A DNA stretch of 39,805 nucleotides from a virus. A program made the translations under genes and the position numbers. The notes below the pieces were generated by a model. The model was not told where the DNA came from and searched no databases. It saw only the letters and a program-made list of their open reading frames with translations. Location of the stretch: the IMG/VR virus record IMGVR_UViG_3300045988_129469, positions 1 to 39,805 of that record; one strand, written 5' to 3'. Positions 34,079 to 39,805 of the stretch are shown piece after piece (position 1 is the stretch's first letter; every line of letters starts with the position of its first letter).

Positions 34079-34593
34079 ATTCTCACCTCCGCAAACCCTT
34101 TTGTGAGTTCTTCGATAATTATGTCGTCGAGTTTGACTCTACTCCAAATGCCTCGCCAATAATCACGATTTTCAAATGGACTAATGAACGCATCCAGCAT
34201 TCCCGCCATCGGTTGGACTCGCGGTACAAGACCATCACTCGTCACGTTTGAAGAGACATCTTGGTGGGTAATTGATGACCAAAGTCTCTTCTGCCCCTCA
34301 CTGTCGAGACTATTTATGCATTCCCAATCGTCGGGAAATATCACTATGTCTACGTCGTTCGGTGGTGCATTCTTTCTCATAGAGAATCCGCCGTCAATCC
34401 ATATCGATGCCGGGCCAACTAATGGTCGAATCCAATTTAGATAAAGCGTTAGTGCGTTAAACAGCACTTCACGTTCATCTTTGTTAGGAGCATCATCGAC
34501 AAACCTGTCATGGATACCTTGCAAATCCGTAGGCCATGCCCCTTCGGGAAGAATATTTTCATCCGTCCAATTGGGTAAACTCACCCGGCGCAT
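34075..34593 (-). CDS. Minimal nucleotidyltransferase-fold protein (MNT / DUF6932-like, 172 aa)
   Basis: IWIDGGFSMRKNAPPNDVDIVIF fits the Pol-beta NTase G[GS]-x(9-12)-DxD pattern. The N-terminal LPEG...H...F segment resembles my memory of the DUF6932 family. Confidence 0.6.
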   Translation of the reverse strand: MRRVSLPNWTDENILPEGAWPTDLQGIHDRFVDDAPNKDEREVLFNALTLYLNWIRPLVGPASIWIDGGFSMRKNAPPNDVDIVIFPDDWECINSLDSEGQKRLWSSITHQDVSSNVTSDGLVPRVQPMAGMLDAFISPFENRDYWRGIWSRVKLDDIIIEELTKGFAEVRI

Positions 34594-34649
34594 CCCTTCT
34601 TGCTCTGTTCAAACCTCTACGTATGTTAGCTGCAGTAAGGCGCAGGTAC

Positions 34650-34672
34650 ACTTATTTTCTGAAAAAATAAGT
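34650..34672. terminator. AT-rich hairpin separating the integrase from the cassette
   Basis: ACTTATTTT-CTGAA-AAAATAAGT (9-bp stem), 17 nt after the integrase stop. Confidence 0.45.
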
Positions 34673-34688
34673 AACTAATGCCCGTCGA

Positions 34689-35972
34689 CTACTTTGTGTC
34701 CATAGCCATCTCTGCCCCTTGCCCCTGTTTCTGTTTCTGGCTCCGCTTCGCGTCTAGGTCTCCCACCCCATCGGGGACTGTCAGTGTGGCATTCACCGCG
34801 TCGAGGACAGCTGCCTTACGGTCATCCGTGGCGCGCATATACACCTCAGTGATGGTGCGCAGGTCCCGCTGGCCAAGGAACTCACCAATCGCGGGAATGG
34901 GCATACCAGCCTCAGCTAGCGTCGTAATAACCCAGTTACGGCCATAGTGCGGGGTAATGGTCACACCCTTATGCCCGGCGCGCGTCTTCGCCCGGTCGAG
35001 AATAGACCTATAAGAAGTATCGGTAACGATCTTTCCAGCGCCAGTAGTAAACAGCATCGCGCCGCGCGCGGCGGCGGTGCGGTGTTTCAGATGCCAGCGC
35101 ACGTCATCATGGAAAGCGGGGAAAATGGGAATAGTGCGGTAGCCGGCGTCGGTTTTGACGGTGTCTTTGCGTACCATGCCCACGCCTGGTTCTTGGGAGC
35201 GGTAGCAGTTGCCGCGGATGTGGATGAGGATTGTCTCTCCCTGGTCCTCGATGTCACCGCGGCGCAGGCCCAGTGCTTCACCAATCCGCAGCCCATGGAA
35301 GAAGGTGAGGATGGCGATGAGTTTGTGGCTGCCGTCAACGCGTGGCTTGGTGTGGTCGAGTTCGTTGACGATGTCTTGGAGTATTTGGCGGGTGGGGAGT
35401 TCTTTCTTTTTGAGTTTGGGGCGTTTGGTGGCTTCTTTGAGGGTGACGGGGTTGGCGGGAATCATGTCGCGTTCTACTGCTGCAGCTAGTGCGGTGCGCA
35501 GTCGCTTGTAGGTGTTGAAGCAGGCGGTGGGGGCGTGGTCGATGGTGATGGCGTCCCACCAGGCGGCGATGTCGCGCTTGGTGAGTTGGGTGAGTGGTAT
35601 GTCGCGAAGGCGGGCTGCTTTGCCGCTTGCCTGGGTGATGCGTAGGCGGATGTCTTTGGCGTAGTTCTGGGCGGTGGAGGGCTCGAGTGCGTCTGGGCCG
35701 TGGGAGCGTAGTTGCATCCATTCGTCCATCCATTGGCCTACGGTGCGGGCCTTGTCCTCGCGTGACTGGGTGCGGGTGGCCGGTGGGGTCCATTCGTCGA
35801 ATTCGATGAGCCGTTGCTCGGCGCGTAGCCATGCGGCGGCGTCGTCGGGTGATTGGTAGGTGCGTGGGGCTTTGTGGCGTTTGCCGTCGGGGCCTTTGTA
35901 GTAGGCGCGATAACGGCCTGATTTAAGGGGTTCGATGGAGCCGAATTGGCGGCGTCGTGGGGCTGGGGACAT
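34689..35972 (-). CDS. int: Tyrosine integrase (427 aa)
   Basis: Arm-binding-type N-terminus (SGRYRAYYKGPDGKRH). Catalytic motifs HGLRIGEALGL, HYGRN (HxxR) and LGQRDLRTITEVYMRA (Tyr). Confidence 0.95.
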   Translation of the reverse strand: MSPAPRRRQFGSIEPLKSGRYRAYYKGPDGKRHKAPRTYQSPDDAAAWLRAEQRLIEFDEWTPPATRTQSREDKARTVGQWMDEWMQLRSHGPDALEPSTAQNYAKDIRLRITQASGKAARLRDIPLTQLTKRDIAAWWDAITIDHAPTACFNTYKRLRTALAAAVERDMIPANPVTLKEATKRPKLKKKELPTRQILQDIVNELDHTKPRVDGSHKLIAILTFFHGLRIGEALGLRRGDIEDQGETILIHIRGNCYRSQEPGVGMVRKDTVKTDAGYRTIPIFPAFHDDVRWHLKHRTAAARGAMLFTTGAGKIVTDTSYRSILDRAKTRAGHKGVTITPHYGRNWVITTLAEAGMPIPAIGEFLGQRDLRTITEVYMRATDDRKAAVLDAVNATLTVPDGVGDLDAKRSQKQKQGQGAEMAMDTK

Positions 35973-36016
35973 GTGGTGAATCCTGTGGGGCTTGGTTGGG
36001 GATTTTGTGGGACTTG

Positions 36017-36055
36017 CGTGGGACTAGAAGGCGTTTCGTGGGACTAGCGTGGAAC
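36017..36055. repeat. Arm-type integrase-binding repeats, int-proximal arm (3 x GTGGGACT)
   Basis: GTGGGACT at 36017, 36028 and 36048. The last two sit within CGTGGGACTAG. Confidence 0.6.
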
Positions 36056-36135
36056 CCGAGTGCTTCTAACTGCACGTTACTGCACGCACCAGACATGTGC
36101 CATAACCCCAGCTCAAACCCACAAAACAAGAAAAA

Positions 36136-36165
36136 GCCCCAGCTAGAACACAATCTAGCTGGGGC
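36136..36165 (-). terminator. Strong intrinsic terminator abutting the attP core
   Basis: 12-bp perfect stem GCCCCAGCUAGA / UCUAGCUGGGGC with a 6-nt loop, followed on the minus strand by UUUUUCUUGUUUUG. Confidence 0.75.
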
Positions 36166-36168
36166 CTA

Positions 36169-36191
36169 TCGGTGGAGCTGCCGGGAATTGA
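36169..36191 (-). other. Putative attP core resembling the 3' end of ssrA (tmRNA)
   Basis: Minus strand TCAATTCCCGGCAGCTCCACCG. This is a T-loop/T-stem remnant plus the conserved tmRNA acceptor 3' strand CAGCUCC-A-CC. Confidence 0.5.
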
Positions 36192-36237
36192 CACAATAAC
36201 CACACTGCCACGCCAAATAAGAAACCATAAAGCTCAC

Positions 36238-36256
36238 GTGGGACCAACATGGGACT
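36238..36256. repeat. Arm-type repeats, distal arm (GTGGGACC, ATGGGACT)
   Basis: Same orientation and consensus as the three int-proximal copies. Confidence 0.5.
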
Positions 36257-36280
36257 GCATAAAGGGAAAACCAGCCCCCA

Positions 36281-36320
36281 AAAACGCAGAAAAGACCCCC
36301 ACCCCGCGAAGGGGTGAGGG
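36281..36320 (-). terminator. Intrinsic terminator of the late/lysis operon
   Basis: 10-bp GC stem (1 mismatch) with loop GCGAA, starting right after the stop at 36322. Followed on the minus strand by UCUUUUCUGCGUUUU. Confidence 0.7.
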
Positions 36321-36321
36321 T

Positions 36322-36687
36322 TTAAAAATCATTCTCTAGCTCGTCAGGAATCGGCATATCGGCCACGCTCTCTGGGTGCCGGAGTCGCCACTGGCGGATG
36401 TGGTTCACGGCGATAAAGTACCGGCTTTTCCACACCTCCAACTTGTCGCGCAGCTCCGCAATTTCGCCCCGCATCTCCGCAATGGACTTGTCGCGTTCTT
36501 TCAGCTGCTCATTCGTCCACTCACGGATACTATTGGTGAATGATTCCCATTCGGGGCCTCGGGCTTCGATTTCCGTCTTTTTCTTCTGGCTTTTCTCCGT
36601 CAGGTGAGTACCTATAAGGGTGCCGAGCACGCCAATCACGCCGACGATGATGGTTGCCAGCGGCCCGTCTACGGGCATGCCCGTCAC
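36322..36687 (-). CDS. Lysis-cassette membrane-anchored coiled-coil protein (121 aa)
   Basis: N-terminal TM helix IIVGVIGVLGTLIGTHL, then a charged helical region. ATGA overlap with the upstream gene. Confidence 0.6.
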   Translation of the reverse strand: MTGMPVDGPLATIIVGVIGVLGTLIGTHLTEKSQKKKTEIEARGPEWESFTNSIREWTNEQLKERDKSIAEMRGEIAELRDKLEVWKSRYFIAVNHIRQWRLRHPESVADMPIPDELENDF

Positions 36688-37118
36688 CTCCCATCGACCA
36701 GCTTCATCTCATTACTTTGCCCGCGCCCATACGCGTAGAGGGTCATGGCGGCGATACCGATATATCCGAGGGAGGACACCCAAGCACGGGGCAGGTCACC
36801 AAAGATGGTCGCGAAAATGAAGCTCAACGCCCACATGGAATGTAGCCCCACGACGGCACCTACCGCAGCGGGCACGAGCCTGTGCCACTTGACCGCGCAT
36901 AGGCACAGCGCACCCATGAGAAGCCACACCACAGCCCACGACGGAGGGTTAAGCACACTTTCCATAAAATGCGTTGGCTTGCGTTCTGGGTCCACCAGCA
37001 GCGGCGTATAAGACATTCCGCGAGCGATGGAGATACTGCCCAGAATCAACAGCCCGGCAGCGTCGGATACGAGCCACCTGGCGGCACGGCGCTTAAATCT
37101 TTCCCAATCCATACTCAC
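36684..37118 (-). CDS. Four-TM membrane protein of the lysis cassette (144 aa)
   Basis: Four hydrophobic segments. ATGA overlaps on both sides. Confidence 0.6.
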   Translation of the reverse strand: MSMDWERFKRRAARWLVSDAAGLLILGSISIARGMSYTPLLVDPERKPTHFMESVLNPPSWAVVWLLMGALCLCAVKWHRLVPAAVGAVVGLHSMWALSFIFATIFGDLPRAWVSSLGYIGIAAMTLYAYGRGQSNEMKLVDGR

Positions 37119-37480
37119 TCCCCCGCGGTGGTGGAGCCGGTGTAGACCGGCAGGGTGGTGGGTGCTTCTGCTGCTTCGCGGCGCTCCGCCTGGTCTGCCA
37201 ATCGTGGTGCCATGCTGGGGGTGACACCATCAACGGTAAGCCGGTTAGTCAGGGCGGTGACGAAGAAACCAATTCCGCCAACGAGAATGATTGTCCATTC
37301 TGGCGCGTCCGCAAGGTACACGGGGATTACGCCAGCAACCCACGCAACCGCCTGCAAAATAAGCATGATGGTGCCCTTGTAGCGCAGCCACCACGGCTGC
37401 TCCTGTAGCTCAACCGCAACAGCCTCCGCCACGTGCTCCGATACGGAATTAAGAACCGCCTGATTATAGTGCTTTGCCAT
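37115..37480 (-). CDS. Holin-like two-TM protein (121 aa)
   Basis: Two TM helices and a charged C-terminus. Starts one base after the endolysin stop. Confidence 0.65.
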   Translation of the reverse strand: MAKHYNQAVLNSVSEHVAEAVAVELQEQPWWLRYKGTIMLILQAVAWVAGVIPVYLADAPEWTIILVGGIGFFVTALTNRLTVDGVTPSMAPRLADQAERREAAEAPTTLPVYTGSTTAGE

Positions 37481-38896
37481 TTACTTCTTCCTCCGCTTCA
37501 ATTCGTTCACGTCTGCTTGAATCTGCGCGAGCTGGTGGCGAATCGCGGCAACTGCATCCACGAGGGTTAGATTTTGCCCCTTGTCGTTCTGCCCCAGTTG
37601 TTCCCAGCCCTTGCCGCCCGGACCTCGTAGCTGCCGCCAAATTTCCTGAATCGCGTCAATCTGGGGCCCAAGGTAGCCCGAGATAAAGGCAGTAATCTGC
37701 CGATATAGCTTGTTCATTTCTTCCTCCGTAGGTTTCTCATCTGGTGCTGCCTTTCCGGTGAATAGGGCGCGTAGCTGAGCCTTGCTTCCCCTGTATGCGT
37801 TGATGTCTACGTTTGGGCGGCCTGCGACGGTGCCACGCGACCCGTACTGCAAAAGGTCTGGTTTGCGGTCGCCTAGTGGGTAGTCCCAGCCAGAGTGGTG
37901 GTCGCCACCCTCGCTCGCGTATAGGGCACGCGGTTCACCGGCCCCGTTGTTTAGCCCATAGTCAGATGCCCATAGGTAGCCGAGGCCCTGCATGGAGGGT
38001 TCGCCGCCGCGCATGTTCTCCCAATACCAGCGGCCGGTGTAGATGCCGGGCACATGGTAGCCACGCCGTTCCAGTTCGCGCTTCGCGTCCCAAACATCCT
38101 TTTCTACGAGTAGGTAGCGGCGCGGGTCGCTGGCGGGATAATTCATATCGACGGATTCCACGTCAATCCACACCGGCAGGTCTCGGCGACCACCCATCTG
38201 CCGGTCGATTACATCAACCTGCTGGGCGATGCTGGTTCCCTCGGATGGGGCGCGCAGATACCAGTAGGTGGAGACGAGCATTCCGGCCTGCTCCGCGTCC
38301 GCGAGGTGCGAGCGGAATACCCTATCGACATGGGTGCCGTCGCATAGGCGAATAATGGCGAAGTCCATGCCCTCCTGCTTAGCCTTGACGCAGCTCAAAC
38401 CGTCGTTATGTTCACTGATGTCAATGCCGTAGAGGGTGTCGCCCTGCTTCCCCACGGGGCGGGCGGTAGACTCGCCGGGCTGTGCGGCGCCAGCCAGATA
38501 CGGGGCCGGGTCTTGATGAGCACCACCTAAGCGGCCCGGCGACCCCCACACCTCGAAATGCAGGTGCGGGCCGGTGGACTGGCCCTCGTTACCTACAACG
38601 CCAATCTGTTGGCCGGCGCGTACACGGTCTCCCGCCTTGACGAGGATGCCGTCATGCTTCACGTGCCCGTAGATGAAGTCCTTGCCGACGCTATCTTGGC
38701 AGTCGAGCCAAATCCAGGAGCCGAAGCCGGACACGTTGTAGCGCTCTTTGCCCTCCACCACGACACCATCTGCTGCCGCGTAGATTGGTGTGCCGATAGG
38801 GGCGGCGAAGTCTAGCCCGGCGTGGAATGTGCCCCACCTCGGGCCGTAGCCCGATGACACCTGATAGGTGCCTTGTTTCATTGGGTGAGTAACCAT
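37481..38896 (-). CDS. Endolysin: M23 peptidase + GH25 muramidase + C-terminal domain (471 aa)
   Basis: M23 motifs HAGLDFAAP...GNEGQSTGPHLHFEV. GH25-like GIDISEHN...DFAIIRLCDGT...WIDVE. Confidence 0.9.
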   Translation of the reverse strand: MVTHPMKQGTYQVSSGYGPRWGTFHAGLDFAAPIGTPIYAAADGVVVEGKERYNVSGFGSWIWLDCQDSVGKDFIYGHVKHDGILVKAGDRVRAGQQIGVVGNEGQSTGPHLHFEVWGSPGRLGGAHQDPAPYLAGAAQPGESTARPVGKQGDTLYGIDISEHNDGLSCVKAKQEGMDFAIIRLCDGTHVDRVFRSHLADAEQAGMLVSTYWYLRAPSEGTSIAQQVDVIDRQMGGRRDLPVWIDVESVDMNYPASDPRRYLLVEKDVWDAKRELERRGYHVPGIYTGRWYWENMRGGEPSMQGLGYLWASDYGLNNGAGEPRALYASEGGDHHSGWDYPLGDRKPDLLQYGSRGTVAGRPNVDINAYRGSKAQLRALFTGKAAPDEKPTEEEMNKLYRQITAFISGYLGPQIDAIQEIWRQLRGPGGKGWEQLGQNDKGQNLTLVDAVAAIRHQLAQIQADVNELKRRKK

Positions 38897-38901
38897 AAGC
38901 T

Positions 38902-39318
38902 CTACCTCACCTCGTCGTACCCAGGCATCGGAATGACCTTTACCGTGGCGCGGGCAGCAATGTAAGGGGCGCCAACGTTTGCGGATTCGTCAAGTACAAG
39001 ACGGAGCCCAACACCACCACCTACAGTGGTCATGGGGATTTCCACGATGTCGGAGACAAACGGCTCTGCCTTACTGGTGGCCTTTCCCTTCCCGGAAGAA
39101 ACATTGGACCACTTTTGCGAATCGTGAATCTGCAAGTTGATTACGTCTTCGCCTGTCCACACAAGCTGAATGGCCACGTGGTTAATAGCTTTACCGAAGT
39201 AGAACACCGTCGGATTGGTGCCGTTTCCGGAGCGGTGAGCCGGGTCGAGTTCTAGCGTTTTTTCGCCTTTAACCTGGCGAAAGTGCAGCACATACGGGAT
39301 AAGGTTTTTGGTGTCCAT
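38902..39318 (-). CDS. Hypothetical beta-rich protein (138 aa) between the tail esterase and the endolysin
   Basis: ORF with good coding character. No motif recognised. Confidence 0.6.
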   Translation of the reverse strand: MDTKNLIPYVLHFRQVKGEKTLELDPAHRSGNGTNPTVFYFGKAINHVAIQLVWTGEDVINLQIHDSQKWSNVSSGKGKATSKAEPFVSDIVEIPMTTVGGGVGLRLVLDESANVGAPYIAARATVKVIPMPGYDEVR

Positions 39319-39327
39319 GGTGTCCTC

Positions 39328-39805
39328 CTATGCCCCTAGGGCTTTCAGTCGATTTTCAAGGTCGGCCACACGAGATTGCAGGTCGTACGGAACTCGGTTC
39401 GTAATATCCATCGGGGTGCGCTCCAGTGGCTTGGTTGCCTGCGCCCACCCACGAATTGCTAGTTCCGGGGCCCACAGGTGTTCGCCCTCAATGACACGCA
39501 GTTCTGGCACCGTGTGGGTAGCGTCCTGGAGGACTGCCTTGGGTGGTAGCCATGCTTCGGCGCGTCGCTTATCTTCATCGGACAGTTCAATGTTCAGCAG
39601 GCGTGGGGCGTGCTCACACAGCCAGCGGTTACGGTCCACAAACAGATGCGGGTACATCTGTTTCAGCCAGTTATTGACCTCCACGATTATGCGGTGATAC
39701 CAGTCCCCAATCTCGGTATCTGCACGCCCTTTCACGCCACCAATGAGGACGTGCTTTGTGGGTGATGCGGCAATCATTTCCACCATGCGGATATACCCGG
39801 CAACG
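39328..39805 (-). CDS. C-terminal part of the SGNH-hydrolase tail protein (continuation of 1163..1)
   Basis: The frame is open to the right window edge and is in phase with 1..1163 once the 141-bp overlap is collapsed. Carries SGNH block V (LQDATHTV). Confidence 0.8.
   Translation of the reverse strand, partial: VAGYIRMVEMIAASPTKHVLIGGVKGRADTEIGDWYHRIIVEVNNWLKQMYPHLFVDRNRWLCEHAPRLLNIELSDEDKRRAEAWLPPKAVLQDATHTVPELRVIEGEHLWAPELAIRGWAQATKPLERTPMDITNRVPYDLQSRVADLENRLKALGA
39665..39805. repeat. Terminal direct repeat, copy 2 (identical to 1..141)
   Basis: 141/141 identical to the window start. Confidence 0.99.

Larger units (their letters stand above)
1..39805. mobile_element. Complete temperate siphovirus-type phage genome, circularly closed contig (unique length 39,664 bp)
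   Basis: Contiguous packaging, head, tail, lysis, attP/integrase, immunity and replication modules. No flanking host genes. The ends overlap by 141 identical bases. Confidence 0.85.

Overview
The window is one complete temperate tailed-phage genome, not a chromosomal segment. It is siphovirus-type with HK97-fold head genes, and the host is probably a high-GC Gram-positive (Actinomycetota-like), which I cannot name from sequence alone. Bases 1-141 are identical to 39665-39805, so the contig closes on itself (unique length 39,664 bp). One tail gene is split by the window edges.

Almost all genes are on the minus strand. In transcription order around the circle they are:
- Cro-like regulator and Xis (31.3-30.9 kb).
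- A 0.55-kb ORF-free, highly structured stretch with a tmRNA/tRNA-like 3' module (30.7-30.2 kb).
- A chain of translationally coupled small early genes.
- A replication/recombination module (28.5-19.6 kb): Cas4-like nuclease, gp2.5-like SSB, primase/SF3 helicase, an iteron-type origin at 21.7-22.0 kb, VRR-NUC and an SNF2 helicase.
- A terminator, then the late operon: HNH, TerS, TerL, portal, kinase-like::prohead-protease fusion, major capsid, connectors, major tail, G/GT chaperones with a G GGA AAA slip site, a 1666-aa tape measure, and Dit/Tal/fibre proteins including an SGNH esterase.
- Lysis genes (38.9-36.3 kb).
- attP with a tmRNA-3'-end-like core and arm-type repeats (36.0-36.3 kb).
- Tyrosine integrase (35.97-34.69 kb).
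- An AT-rich two-gene cassette (34.6-33.2 kb).

The only plus-strand operon is the lysogeny unit: repressor, ImmA/IrrE protease and a membrane protein (31.5-33.0 kb).

The best candidates for something undescribed are:
1. The compositionally foreign NTase-like + unknown-partner cassette between integrase and immunity operon. This is the classic position for a prophage defence system.
2. The structured non-coding element at 30.2-30.7 kb.
3. The P-loop kinase-like domain fused in frame to the capsid maturation protease.

Everything here rests on reading and translating the sequence and on remembered family motifs. No database search was run. Several ORF-track starts were shortened to the start codon that has an SD sequence, and six ORFs were added that are absent from the track (five under 60 aa, plus the edge-spanning tail gene).
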